This document shows, in pieces, positions 8,927 through 19,042 of a stretch of DNA of 39,161 nt. This stretch comes from Candidatus Micrarchaeota archaeon (GTDB lineage: Archaea > Micrarchaeota > Micrarchaeia > Norongarragalinales > SBBD01). The number at the start of each line of letters is the position of its first letter. The stretch's first letter is position 1. Where the stretch lies: positions 1 to 39,161 of the forward strand of contig JBDRLB010000040.1 in the NCBI GenBank assembly GCA_043813365.1. The letters run 5' to 3'. The translations under genes and the position numbers were made by a program. Below the pieces are notes generated by a model. The model saw only the letters and a list, made by a program, of their open reading frames with translations, searched no databases and was not told where the DNA came from.

Positions 8927-9313
8927 TCAAATATATCGAGGCATGAGCGATTTGAGCTCTTCCAACGCCTTCTTTTTCGGATACCTCTGGGGGACGCCGA
9001 AAATCAACACAGAATCAAGCCTGCCTGATTTTTTGAGTAACTTCAGCGTAATCCCCAAGTCAAAGTCGTGCATTGAGATGATGCGGTCAAGGTGCAATGA
9101 TTCGATATCGGTAATCACTTCCACTTTTTTTATCCCTTGCACAGAATCAATGATCACAAGTTCCCTTCCGCAATCCTCTATCTGCTCGACCGCATCGACC
9201 TCCTCGAAATCAATTTGAGGGAACTCCTTCCGGAGCTGCGGCAATATTTTTAGCGGAACGCTGTCCTGCGGCACAAGCATGTTCCCGAAAACAAGTATTT
9301 TCCTTTTTTGCAT
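8927..9313 (-). CDS. Hydrogenase maturation protease-like protein (HycI/HyaD fold, divergent)
   Basis: ILVFGNMLVPQDS, VIIDSVQG, SMHDFDL, LIFGVP; convergent with the large subunit gene. Confidence 0.65.
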   Translation of the reverse strand: MQKRKILVFGNMLVPQDSVPLKILPQLRKEFPQIDFEEVDAVEQIEDCGRELVIIDSVQGIKKVEVITDIESLHLDRIISMHDFDLGITLKLLKKSGRLDSVLIFGVPQRYPKKKALEELKSLMPRYI

Positions 9314-9421
9314 AAAATGAAACCCGACAATCCAGTGGGATTTTCATCTGGAATATTTTTTCCCAATTCGTTACCAAACGCATCTTTTTTAATTGTCCCT
9401 GCTTTAATCACAGCGGTTCAT

Positions 9422-10165
9422 ATGGAATTCAAGGCAGAAACGCTCGACATCCGGACTTACTTTGACAAGGCCACATCAGAAATCCCGCATACGCGCATAT
9501 ACAAATTCAAAATCCTGGAGGGTGTTGATTTCCAATACAAGGCAGGCCAGTTCTGCCAAATTTCATTAGATGATTTTCCCTTGAGGGGCAATCCAAACCT
9601 CTTAAAGTGGTCATCATACTCCATAGCTTCATCCCCAGACCAGAAAGGCCACTTGGAGTTTTCAATACGGCTGCTTGACACGCCCGGTTTCACGAACCAT
9701 CTCCGCGAAGCCTGCGCCGTTGGCACGAAAGTGAACATCCGCGGCCCGTTCGGCGTTTTCACCATGATCCCGGATCCCAAAAGGCTCATGTTCGTCTGCA
9801 CCGGCACAGGCATTGCGCCCTTGATCTCCCACATCTGGTCATTGCTGAATTCCGGTTCCCAAATCCCCATCACGTTGTTTTTCGGCTTCAAGAACCCGGA
9901 TGTTTACATTTTCCGGGAAGAACTGGAGCAGATGGCAAAAGAGCATGCCAACTTCAAGCTGGAGCCTACAATAACGGATGCTGGAAGGGAGGACTGGAGC
10001 GGAAGGGTCGGCATTTTCCACGATTTCCTCCCGAATTTTCCGTTTGAGAAGCCGGAAGAGACGGACGTTTACATCTGCGGCAACCCTAAAATGGTGGACG
10101 ATGTGAAGCAGATTTTGCCGCAAATCGGATTCAAGCCTGAGAAAATTCATATAGAGCCATGGTGA
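9422..10165 (+). CDS. FAD/NAD(P)-binding oxidoreductase (ferredoxin-NADP reductase family)
   Basis: YKAGQF, SYSIAS, GPFGVF, TGTGIAP, YICGNPKMV, C-terminal IHIEPW. ATG at 9422. Confidence 0.87.
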   Translation: MEFKAETLDIRTYFDKATSEIPHTRIYKFKILEGVDFQYKAGQFCQISLDDFPLRGNPNLLKWSSYSIASSPDQKGHLEFSIRLLDTPGFTNHLREACAVGTKVNIRGPFGVFTMIPDPKRLMFVCTGTGIAPLISHIWSLLNSGSQIPITLFFGFKNPDVYIFREELEQMAKEHANFKLEPTITDAGREDWSGRVGIFHDFLPNFPFEKPEETDVYICGNPKMVDDVKQILPQIGFKPEKIHIEPW

Positions 10166-10171
10166 AACAAC

Positions 10172-10246
10172 ATGAAATCGAAGAAGAAGGCCGTAAAAAA
10201 AACTGAAAAAAAGAAGGAACGCAAGGGCTGCTGCGGCTGCTGTTAA
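10172..10246 (+). CDS. 24-aa Lys-rich peptide ending GCCGCC (putative metal-binding microprotein)
   Basis: MKSKKKAVKKTEKKKERKGCCGCC*; GGTGA ribosome-binding site at 10161-10165, 6 nt before the ATG. Below the ORF-track cutoff. Confidence 0.6.
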   Translation: MKSKKKAVKKTEKKKERKGCCGCC

Positions 10247-10273
10247 AGAATAGCGACTTCACTTTATAGATTG

Positions 10274-10762
10274 TCACCGTTCGAGGAGCGATTTTTTCAG
10301 CTCCTCCTTCAGGTGGACGACCCTCATCTTTCCGGATTTCTGCACATCGATGATGCCCATCGACTCCAGCTTTGCTACGATGCGGTGCGCTTTCAGCCGG
10401 GTCATCCCGTCAAGCCTGGAAATTTCCGCCTGCAGTATTTTCCCGTTGTTCCTCAGTAGCTCCTTTATCACCTGCTTCTCCTCCTTGTCCATGAACCTGA
10501 GAACCAGCTCTGCAACTGCCTTCGCTTCAAGCCCCTTCTTCTCCACCTTTTCCCCCAGCAGGTAAAATACGGCCGCACCGACAATAACCCCGACAATCGC
10601 AAGCAATACCATCAGCTCCACATGGAAACCGAAGAGCAGGTGGTACATTGAGGAAAGTGCGGAATTGTCCGGTGCCTGGAATGAGAACACGGTCAGGAAT
10701 ATCAGCAGCGCAAAAAGCGCTATCAGCAATATTGCGAATGCGGTTTTTTTCATAGAAGCCAT
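10274..10762 (-). CDS. Membrane-anchored winged-HTH transcriptional regulator
   Basis: Two N-terminal TM helices then EKQVIKELL..GKILQAEI...KAHRIVAKLESMGII...GKMRVV; AGGTG RBS upstream of ATG 10762. Confidence 0.8.
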   Translation of the reverse strand: MASMKKTAFAILLIALFALLIFLTVFSFQAPDNSALSSMYHLLFGFHVELMVLLAIVGVIVGAAVFYLLGEKVEKKGLEAKAVAELVLRFMDKEEKQVIKELLRNNGKILQAEISRLDGMTRLKAHRIVAKLESMGIIDVQKSGKMRVVHLKEELKKSLLER

Positions 10763-10791
10763 TGTTTCCACCTGATTTCATATTTTCATGT

Positions 10792-10882
10792 TGTTTCAAT
10801 AATCTGAAACACTTCTGCCTCCTGTTTCGTGTTTTTGAAACAATACTGTTGGTTGTTTCAAGAATTTATATATATTGTTTCA
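10792..10882. promoter_or_regulatory. Array of palindromic operators TGTTTCR-N6-TGAAACA in the divergent promoter region
   Basis: Full sites at 10792-10811 and 10823-10842 with identical spacing; half sites TGTTTCA at 10854-10860 and 10876-10882 flanking TTTATATA (10865-10872). Confidence 0.75.
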
Positions 10883-10968
10883 ACCATAAGCTTATGTCCG
10901 GAAATTGGATATTTTTGCATATTGTAGTTTATTGGCTGTAGTATGTTTTGTAAGAACGGGGTGTGGTT

Positions 10969-11397
10969 ATGGAAAGGAGCATGCTCATGCTAATCGCAGT
11001 GTCGATTGCAGGGGTTTTGGGGCTGGTGATGTTTGCACAGATGACGGCGCCCGCTGCATCTGCCGTGGAGGAGGTGCGTTTGCAGCCGACTTTTATTTTA
11101 GGAAGCGGCGAACCTACGGCCAATGCCGGGGAAGTGCAGATAGTTGAAATACGAGCGCTTGGGACCGGTTTTTACGATAAGCAAGAAGTGCGGGTAAAGG
11201 CGGGTGTGCCCGTCAGGCTCCGCTTTTCAGCAGAACTGAGTTCTGGCTGCGGCAGGCAGCTTGTGATGCCGGATTTCGGCGTCAACCTTATTTCAAGGAG
11301 CGGTGAAACAGTTGAGGCGGAATTCACGCCCCAAAAGGGCCAATATCCGTATAGGTGCGGAATGAACATGTTCCGCGGCGTGTTATATGCCAACTGA
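10969..11397 (+). CDS. Membrane-anchored cupredoxin-domain protein (CupA-like)
   Basis: N-terminal TM; VKAGVPVRL, SGCG, YPYRCGMNMFRG. Confidence 0.85.
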   Translation: MERSMLMLIAVSIAGVLGLVMFAQMTAPAASAVEEVRLQPTFILGSGEPTANAGEVQIVEIRALGTGFYDKQEVRVKAGVPVRLRFSAELSSGCGRQLVMPDFGVNLISRSGETVEAEFTPQKGQYPYRCGMNMFRGVLYAN

Positions 11398-11414
11398 TTC
11401 GAGGGTGATTGGTG

Positions 11415-11627
11415 ATGAGGAAAGTGTTCAAGGTTGAAGGGATGCACTGCAATAGCTGCAACTGGCTTATTTCAGAGAATGTCAAGGAAGTGAAAGGCGT
11501 GACGGATGTGAAGGCGGATTTCCGCACCCGTGAAACGGTCGTGGAATTCGAGAAGCCGGCAACCGAGGAAATGGTCGTTAAGGCAATAGAAAAAGAGGGG
11601 GATTACCGGGTGGAGAGCACAAGCTGA
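11415..11627 (+). CDS. copZ: HMA copper chaperone
   Basis: KVEGMHCNSC motif, 70 aa; GAGGGTGA RBS. Confidence 0.85.
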   Translation: MRKVFKVEGMHCNSCNWLISENVKEVKGVTDVKADFRTRETVVEFEKPATEEMVVKAIEKEGDYRVESTS

Positions 11628-11645
11628 ATTACTATTGGTGATAAA

Positions 11646-12560
11646 ATGGCGGAAAAGACCGTTTTCATAAAGGAATTGAATTGCGAGGCGTGCGAAAAAG
11701 TCGTGGGAAGGGTGGCAGCAAAACACGGGGTCCGGCTTGAAAATGTCGATTTCCAGCAAAAACGGGCAATGCTGGAGGGAGAAGCCGCGCAAATGGACGG
11801 CATGGCGCAGGAGCTGGAGGAAATGGGGTACTCGACGTCCTTCGAAAGGGTCCCGAGGATCGGGAAAGGGAAGCTGCGCCTCAAGAATTTCATACGCGGC
11901 TCCATTTTCGGCCGAGAAAATTACAAAACCGAATCGAGGGGGTTGGAGCTTCTCGTATTTTCGTTTATCCTCCTAGCTGTTGCAACCATCGGGATGAATT
12001 CAGCCGGGCTTTTGACTTCCGACAACATGAATTATGCTGTCCTTTCGCTAATTTCGAGCTCGATAATAATCGCCGTAGCTTGGCAGGTCGAAGCATACCG
12101 GGATTCGTTCACCCACATGAACGGGATGATGATAGGCATGACTTTGGGGATGACTGCTGGCTTTTTGGCAGGTGCGCTGATCGGGGCAACCAACGGGATG
12201 TTCCTGGGATCCGTATACGGAATGCTGATTGGGATGCTCGCAGGTGCATATCTCGGCTATTGCTGCGGGGTCATGGGCATACTGGAAGGGCTGATGGGAG
12301 GGGTCATGGCCGGCACCATGGGCGCAATGCTTTCCGTCATGATGGTTTTCGACAATTTGAAACTTTTCCTCCCGATACTTTTGGGCAGTTTCATGCTTAT
12401 CATGTTCGGGCTTAGCTACATGATTTACAAGGAGAATGTCGGCTTCAAGGCGGAGAGGCCTGGAATTGGCATATTTCTTGCAATCGCGTTATTGATACAC
12501 CTGCTCACTCTGCTGATAATGGTATACGGTCCCAAATCAGCAGCGGTTTTATTAGGGTAA
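11646..12560 (+). CDS. HMA domain fused to a Met/Gly-rich multi-pass membrane domain
   Basis: N-terminal LNCEAC; then HMNGMMIGMTLGMTAG...YCCG...EGLMGGVMAGTMGAMLSVMM within TM helices. Confidence 0.75.
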   Translation: MAEKTVFIKELNCEACEKVVGRVAAKHGVRLENVDFQQKRAMLEGEAAQMDGMAQELEEMGYSTSFERVPRIGKGKLRLKNFIRGSIFGRENYKTESRGLELLVFSFILLAVATIGMNSAGLLTSDNMNYAVLSLISSSIIIAVAWQVEAYRDSFTHMNGMMIGMTLGMTAGFLAGALIGATNGMFLGSVYGMLIGMLAGAYLGYCCGVMGILEGLMGGVMAGTMGAMLSVMMVFDNLKLFLPILLGSFMLIMFGLSYMIYKENVGFKAERPGIGIFLAIALLIHLLTLLIMVYGPKSAAVLLG

Positions 12561-12589
12561 TTGCAAGGCAAATATTTTAGGTGAAATGA

Positions 12590-14797
12590 ATGAAAGCAAA
12601 ATTCGACATTATCGGCATGCATTGCGCAACCTGCAGCCTGCGCATCACGAAGGCGCTTAAGAAAACGCCCGGTGTGCTTGATGCGAATGTCAATTACGCG
12701 GCTGAAAAGGCGGATGTCGAGTATGACGAGGCAAAAGTTACGCTGAATGAAATGATGGGCGCGGTTTCAGCGCAAGGCTACAAGGCGATTCCTCAAGAGA
12801 ACACGGACTTGGGCCAAAATGCACACTCGATTGCTCATAACGCCGGCAGCGGCCACACCCACGCTGAAATGCTCCGGAAGGATGAATTCGAGCATCTGAA
12901 GAAAAAGGTGCTCGTCTCATTTGCACTTGCAATCCCGGCATTCCTTGTCGGGATGTTCGGGATGGATTGGCCGAACCAGATGCTTATCCTTTTCTTCCTT
13001 GCAACACCGGTGCAATTCTGGGCCGGAAGGCAATTCTATGGCGGCGCCATTTCCGCCCTGAAGGCACGGACCGCGAACATGGATACCCTCGTGGCAATGG
13101 GCACCTCCGTCGCGTACGCTTATTCCGTCGTGGCGCTTTTCGGTTACGTGCAGGAGCAATATTTCGAGATCAGTGCGGTATTGATCTCTTTCGTGCTTCT
13201 GGGGAAATACCTCGAAGCATTCACAAAGGGGAAGGCGGGCGAGGCAATCAAGAAATTGATGGGCCTCTCCCCCAAAACCGCAATAGTCGTGAGGGGCGGC
13301 AAGGAGTACAAATTGCCAATCGAACAGGTAGTAGTTGGGGATTTGGTAAGGGTTCGCCCCGGAGAAAAAATCCCAGTTGACGGCGTTGTAATGAGCGGGG
13401 ATTCCACTGTTGATGAATCAATGCTTACCGGGGAATCAATGCCCGTTGGGAAAACAAAGGGCTTGAAGGTGTTCGGCGCAACCATCAATAAGCATGGCAC
13501 GATCACTTTCAGGGCGGAGAAGGTCGGGAAGGACACGGTCCTTGCGCAGATTGTGAAGATAGTGGAGGAGGCGCAGGGCAGCAGGGCGCCGATACAGCGT
13601 TTTGCTGATGAAATTTCGGCAAAATTCGTCCCTGCTGTAATTGTGATCGCCATCCTCGCCTTTGCAGGCTGGATGCTACTCGGGCAGCCATTCCATTTCG
13701 CGCTCCTTGCGGGCGTTTCCGTGCTTGTTATAGCGTGCCCTTGTGCCCTGGGCCTAGCAACGCCTACTGCGATAATGGTGGGCACAGGAATGGGCGCGGA
13801 GAAGGGGATACTGATCAAAAACCCAGAAGCGCTCGAGCGGACCGGGAAAATCAATGCGATAGTGTTCGACAAAACCGGCACGATCACTGCAGGCAAGCCC
13901 GTAGTTACGGACATATTGCCGCTGGGGAATCTGAAAGAAAAGGAAATTTTGCAGATTTCGGCCTCTTTGGAAAAACCCAGTGAGCATCCCCTTGCTGAGG
14001 CAATTGTAGGCGCGGCAACGGAAGGGAAAATCAGCCTGAAAAAAATATCTGGGTTCGAGGCAGTTCCTGGCAAGGGAGTTGGTGGTAAAATAGGCGGCCA
14101 AAATTATTTCATGGGCTCTCCCAAACTGATGAAAGTTAAAAATAGCCGGCTGGAAGCTCTTGAGGAAGCGGGAAAAACGACCATGGTGCTTTTTGAAGGG
14201 AGGGAAGGGAACCTGAAAGCACTTGGAATCATCGCTGTCAGGGATGAGTTGAAACCCAATGCAAGGAGGGCTGTTGAGCATTTGAGGAGGATGGGAATAG
14301 AATCCGTTCTCCTTACTGGTGACAATGAAAGGACCGCGAAAGCGATTGCCAGGGAGGCGGGAATCAGGAAAGTAATGGCAAATGTTCTTCCGCATGAGAA
14401 ATCCGCCAAAATCAAGGAGCTCCAAAAAACGGGCAAAGTGGTGGCAATGGTGGGCGACGGGATAAATGATGCACCTGCTTTGGCACAGGCTGATGTGGGA
14501 ATTGCAATGGCCAGCGGAACAGATGTTGCGATGGAAAGCGGCAGCATTGTTTTAATGAAGAGCAACGTTGAAGACGTGCCCCGCTCGCTTCAATTGGGAA
14601 GGAAAACTCTTTCGAAAATCAAGCAGGGGCTTTTCTGGGCGCTGATATATAATATTGTAGGGATACCTGTTGCAGCAGGGGTGCTCTACCCCTCAACGGG
14701 AATTCTCCTTTCGCCGGCAATTGCAGGTGCAGCAATGGCGATGAGCTCGGTTTCGGTTGTGGTGAATGCGCTTACATTGAAGTTGACTAGGCTATGA
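12590..14797 (+). CDS. copA: Cu(+)-translocating P1B-type ATPase
   Basis: GMHCATC, His-rich linker, [31 protein letters not shown] and MAMSSVSV. Confidence 0.96.
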   Translation: MKAKFDIIGMHCATCSLRITKALKKTPGVLDANVNYAAEKADVEYDEAKVTLNEMMGAVSAQGYKAIPQENTDLGQNAHSIAHNAGSGHTHAEMLRKDEFEHLKKKVLVSFALAIPAFLVGMFGMDWPNQMLILFFLATPVQFWAGRQFYGGAISALKARTANMDTLVAMGTSVAYAYSVVALFGYVQEQYFEISAVLISFVLLGKYLEAFTKGKAGEAIKKLMGLSPKTAIVVRGGKEYKLPIEQVVVGDLVRVRPGEKIPVDGVVMSGDSTVDESMLTGESMPVGKTKGLKVFGATINKHGTITFRAEKVGKDTVLAQIVKIVEEAQGSRAPIQRFADEISAKFVPAVIVIAILAFAGWMLLGQPFHFALLAGVSVLVIACPCALGLATPTAIMVGTGMGAEKGILIKNPEALERTGKINAIVFDKTGTITAGKPVVTDILPLGNLKEKEILQISASLEKPSEHPLAEAIVGAATEGKISLKKISGFEAVPGKGVGGKIGGQNYFMGSPKLMKVKNSRLEALEEAGKTTMVLFEGREGNLKALGIIAVRDELKPNARRAVEHLRRMGIESVLLTGDNERTAKAIAREAGIRKVMANVLPHEKSAKIKELQKTGKVVAMVGDGINDAPALAQADVGIAMASGTDVAMESGSIVLMKSNVEDVPRSLQLGRKTLSKIKQGLFWALIYNIVGIPVAAGVLYPSTGILLSPAIAGAAMAMSSVSVVVNALTLKLTRL

Positions 14798-14840
14798 TGT
14801 TCAATGAACTAATAATTGGGTCGGGGCAGATTAATTTTTT

Positions 14841-15419
14841 TCAACCTAATCTTTTTTTCCTCCGGTATAGTTCTGCAGTCTCCCTGATTCCCCGATCCAT
14901 TCCCTTTAGCCAAAGTGCAATCCTGGTTTGGGTATCCGGCTCCAGCCCGACCCTGCTTACCTGCTTTAGTCTCGGGGCCTCCGCACCTGCGCTTGTCTTC
15001 ACAAATCTGTAGCCGAATTTCCGCAGATGCTTTACTGCAAGGATTTCCATGAGGAATGGGAGCCCACTGGCCTTTTTTCCCGGCAGGTTGACTCTCGGAT
15101 TGTAAAGTTTGCTTTCAGCTGTCTCAGGATCCCTATCCCATTTTTCAAAATATATATGGCCGACGTAGGGGATATTTGTGTGTCCCAAAACGTCGAGGAG
15201 TTCCTCTGCATAATGGGCCGGAATGCGGATTTTATTTATGAGACTGTGGATCTCGTTGAAAGGAGGCTGAAATGCAGTTTCTGGCAAATCCTCCTTTTTC
15301 CCAGCTATCCGGAATTGGAAATTCAAACTGTCTGGAAGTTTCATATTTCGGACTTTTTCTGTGGGCACATTGCAGTATACTCCAAGGTACGCCCGTTTTT
15401 CCGGCTTCTTTTCTTCCAT
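14841..15419 (-). CDS. Hypothetical protein (possibly degenerate GNAT-like C-terminus)
   Basis: 192-aa ORF filling the gap between copA and smc; weak resemblance to GNAT motif A/B (SGLPFLME...LRKFGY...RVGL). Confidence 0.55.
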   Translation of the reverse strand: MEEKKPEKRAYLGVYCNVPTEKVRNMKLPDSLNFQFRIAGKKEDLPETAFQPPFNEIHSLINKIRIPAHYAEELLDVLGHTNIPYVGHIYFEKWDRDPETAESKLYNPRVNLPGKKASGLPFLMEILAVKHLRKFGYRFVKTSAGAEAPRLKQVSRVGLEPDTQTRIALWLKGMDRGIRETAELYRRKKRLG

Positions 15420-15497
15420 GAATACAATTCTCCCGCCATACTATTTTAAAGGATGCGTGCGTATTGTAAAAACAGCAATTCCCACTGTGAGAAGCCG

Positions 15498-18400
15498 ATG
15501 TTCGTCGAAAGCGTCCAGCTCAAAAATTTCAAGTCCTTCAAGGATGCGAAAATACACCTAGTGAAGGGCTTCAATGCGGTCATCGGGCCCAACGGCTCCG
15601 GCAAGAGCAATATTGTTGATGCAATCCTATTCTCATTAGGGGAAAGCCGCATACGCAATTTGCGCGCCAAGAAAACACCCGACCTGATTTACACCCATTC
15701 CAGAATTGCAGAGGTGGATCTGCTGCTTTCAGACGGGAAAGGGGAGAAGGTGGAGATAAGCCGCGCAATCAGGAAAGACGGGAAGCTGCGCTACCGCATG
15801 AACGGCAGGCATGTCCACAAATATGTGATCGAGGATTATTTGCATTCGCAGGGCATCTCAACATACAATATAATACAGCAGGGGCAGGTGCAGCAGATTG
15901 TTGAGATGAATTCCAAGGAGCGCCGCACACTAGTTGACAATATCGCCAACGTGCTAGAATACGAGGAGAAGAAGAAGGAATCGCTCTCAGAGCTGGGGAA
16001 AGTTGACGACCGGCTCAAGGAGGCAAGCGTCATCATGGGCGAGCGGGAGGGGATGCTTGAAAAGCTGAAAAAGGACAAGGCGGATGCGGAGAGGTTCCTC
16101 CATTTGCAGCAGGAGATTGATCAGCTCCGCGCAACACTGCTTTCAATCGACCTCAAAGCCGTAGAAATAGAATTCGAGAATTCCGTCAATTCCATGGTTG
16201 ATTTGAACTCGAAGAACGACCAGGTCCAGAAGGAGATCAACCGTTTTTCCGAAGAGATTGCAAGGCTGCAGGCGAAGAAGGACGAGATCCACGGCAAAAT
16301 TTCCGAGAGGAGCGAGGGGAAGCAGCTTGTTCTGGAAAAGGAAATCGAGAGCCTGAGGGGGGAGATGGAGCATGCGAAAGCCGTCATCGAGGAAAGGAAG
16401 CAGCTGCTGCATAAAAACAATGAGAAAATCTCCGCGATGCAGCTCGAGAAGATGCGCGCATCTGATGAGGTGAAGGGCGCAAGGAAAAAGCTGGAGGAGG
16501 CTGCTGCTGAAATAAAGTCGCTCTCCAGCATAATGGGCGAGGAGCAGAAAAGCCTGGATGCGGTTGTGAAGGAAAGCAGCAAATTCACGGATGATTTCTT
16601 CAAGAGCAAGAAGGGCTACGATGATGCACAGGCGGAGATGCTTGCGATCAAGGAGAAACTGAACGCATTGCAGGCGGAAGCGGGGAAGCTGCAGGAAGTG
16701 CAGCACCTCAAGGAAAATGAGCTGAAAAGGCTGAAGCAGGGCCAGAAGGAGGACTATTCGGACAAAATCAACGCAGCTGAGGAGGCCAAGAAGAAACTCC
16801 ACTCCGAGATGGGCGCAATCACGAAAAAACTTGACGAGCAGTTCGGGAGGGAAAAGGAGCTGAATGGGCAGATAGCAGAAACTGAAAAGGAGCTGCTTGC
16901 CGCGAGAATCAAAAGCACTGAAATAACCACCCGTCTCCAGCACTCAAAGGAAGCGGAAGTTTCGCGGGCGCAGCAGTTTGTTCTCGAGGAAAAGGGAAAG
17001 ATGCAGGGCATCCACGGCACCGTAGAGGAGCTTTGCTCATATGATTCGAAATACTCCCTTCCCGTGCAGGTCGCATTAGGGGGCAGGATGAATTTCGTTG
17101 TAGTTGAGAATGTGAAGGTTGCGGAAAAACTCATCAACCACCTTAAGGAGAGGAAATTGGGCCGCGTTTCATTCATTCCGATGGACAAAATACGCCCATA
17201 CGAGCTTAGGAAGGAGGAACTCGCATTGGAGAAGGAGAAGGGTGCCCTCGGTTTCCTGATCAACCTCATTGAATTTGACAAGAAATACCAGAAAGCATTC
17301 TCATTTGCGCTCACCAATTCGCTGCTCACAACCAGCATGAGGGAATCCGAGCAGCTTATAGGGAAGGTGCGGCTCGTGACGATGGATGGGGAGCTGATCG
17401 AGCAGGCGGGGCTTGTCACGGGCGGAAGTTACACTGAACGGGTCAACCTGCAAAAACTGAAGGATGCGCTTGAAGTGCATGAAAAGAAAGCTGCGGAAAT
17501 GAAGGCGCTCAAGGAATCCATCCTTGGGGAGCTTTACTCCATCCAGGAAACGATGGGCATGGAAAGGAAGAAAAAATCCGAAATGGAAGTCAAGGCGCGC
17601 GCATTCGAGCTGGAAATCGGGAATTACAGCAAATTGGAGGCGGATTTCGATGAGAAAACGCGCAATGTCCGGGAAGCGATGAAGGAATTGCAATCGGAAA
17701 TGGACCGCGCCTCGAAGCAGATAGGGAAATACGACGAGGAAAAATCCAGCCTCGTTAAGAAATTATCCGACCTCAACATACTTTCGCTTGAGCTGAAATC
17801 CAAAATCGATATAGAGAAGGAGAAGAATTTCGGCATTGCATTGAAGGAAAGGGAAAAGCGCCTTGCGGACCTCAAGTTCCAGATGAGCGACTACCAGAAC
17901 CGGCAGGAGTCCCTCACAACGCAGTTCAATGCGTATGAGAGGGAGCATAAGAATTTGGAGAAGATGGAATCCGACTTGAAAGATGAGCTGAAGGCTGCAA
18001 AGGATGAAATTTCCAAATCGGAGCAGGTAATAAGGGAAACTGCGAAAATCACCTCCGAAAAGAACACCGAGCTGAAATCAATCTCAACGTTGCTTAACGA
18101 TCTGCTGGAGGAGCGCGAAAAGCTCGACAAGCAGATCTACAAGGCAGCAACTGAGAAAGGAAAGTGGGAATTTGAGAGGGAAAAGATCGTTTCGGAGAAG
18201 CAGAAGAAGGAAGTCAACCGCGCGGTAGCGGAAACCAACCTGACAAACCTCAAGGCGGAATTCATGAAATACGAGCATATGGAGCTGCTTAAGATCACCG
18301 ACAAGGCGGAACTTGTTTTCAAAGCGAGGAAAGCGGAGGAGGAGCTCGGCGGCATCGGAAGCGTGAACATGAAGGCCGTTGATGAGTATGAGATCCGCTC

Positions 18401-18974
18401 AAAGGATTTCGAGGAGCAGAAATTGAAGGTGCAGCAGCTCGCAAACGAGAAGAAGGCCATTGAGGACATGATCAATGCAATAGAAGGCAAGAAGATCAGC
18501 ACCTTCATGGCCGCTTTCCATGCTGTCAACCAGAGCTTCATCAACCTCTTCTCGCAGATATTCAAGGGCAAGGGCACGCTCTTCCTTGAAAACGAGGCGA
18601 ATCCGTTCGAGGGTGGGCTCACAATAAAGGCGCAGCTGGAGAACAAGGAGGTGAAATACCTCGAACTCATGAGCGGCGGCGAGAAATCCCTCATTGCCAT
18701 ACTTTTCCTATTCGCGATCCAGTCCTACAACCCCTCCTCCCTATATATATTGGACGAGGCGGATGCGGCACTTGACCAGGAGAACTCGAGGAAGCTGGCA
18801 TTGCTGGTAAAGGAGCTCTCGAAGAACTCCCAGATACTTTGCGTGACGCATAACCAGATTACTTACAAGACATCGGATTGCCTCATCGGGGTAAGCATGG
18901 TCAAGGGTGCCTCGCAGCTTGTAGAGGTGCAGCTGGCGGAAAAGCAGGTTGCGGCGCAGGCGGGCAACACTTGA
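15498..18974 (+). CDS. smc: Chromosome segregation protein SMC
   Basis: LKNFKSF, Walker A GPNGSGKSN, Q-loop, long coiled coils, hinge GRVSFIP, MSGGEK signature, LDEADAALD. ATG at 15498. Confidence 0.97.
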   Translation: MFVESVQLKNFKSFKDAKIHLVKGFNAVIGPNGSGKSNIVDAILFSLGESRIRNLRAKKTPDLIYTHSRIAEVDLLLSDGKGEKVEISRAIRKDGKLRYRMNGRHVHKYVIEDYLHSQGISTYNIIQQGQVQQIVEMNSKERRTLVDNIANVLEYEEKKKESLSELGKVDDRLKEASVIMGEREGMLEKLKKDKADAERFLHLQQEIDQLRATLLSIDLKAVEIEFENSVNSMVDLNSKNDQVQKEINRFSEEIARLQAKKDEIHGKISERSEGKQLVLEKEIESLRGEMEHAKAVIEERKQLLHKNNEKISAMQLEKMRASDEVKGARKKLEEAAAEIKSLSSIMGEEQKSLDAVVKESSKFTDDFFKSKKGYDDAQAEMLAIKEKLNALQAEAGKLQEVQHLKENELKRLKQGQKEDYSDKINAAEEAKKKLHSEMGAITKKLDEQFGREKELNGQIAETEKELLAARIKSTEITTRLQHSKEAEVSRAQQFVLEEKGKMQGIHGTVEELCSYDSKYSLPVQVALGGRMNFVVVENVKVAEKLINHLKERKLGRVSFIPMDKIRPYELRKEELALEKEKGALGFLINLIEFDKKYQKAFSFALTNSLLTTSMRESEQLIGKVRLVTMDGELIEQAGLVTGGSYTERVNLQKLKDALEVHEKKAAEMKALKESILGELYSIQETMGMERKKKSEMEVKARAFELEIGNYSKLEADFDEKTRNVREAMKELQSEMDRASKQIGKYDEEKSSLVKKLSDLNILSLELKSKIDIEKEKNFGIALKEREKRLADLKFQMSDYQNRQESLTTQFNAYEREHKNLEKMESDLKDELKAAKDEISKSEQVIRETAKITSEKNTELKSISTLLNDLLEEREKLDKQIYKAATEKGKWEFEREKIVSEKQKKEVNRAVAETNLTNLKAEFMKYEHMELLKITDKAELVFKARKAEEELGGIGSVNMKAVDEYEIRSKDFEEQKLKVQQLANEKKAIEDMINAIEGKKISTFMAAFHAVNQSFINLFSQIFKGKGTLFLENEANPFEGGLTIKAQLENKEVKYLELMSGGEKSLIAILFLFAIQSYNPSSLYILDEADAALDQENSRKLALLVKELSKNSQILCVTHNQITYKTSDCLIGVSMVKGASQLVEVQLAEKQVAAQAGNT

Positions 18975-19042
18975 GTGTGTTCGAAAGGTATTTAAACTAA
19001 ACTCGATAATTCTTTCTTGTTTCTGATTATAGGTGGTATCCG

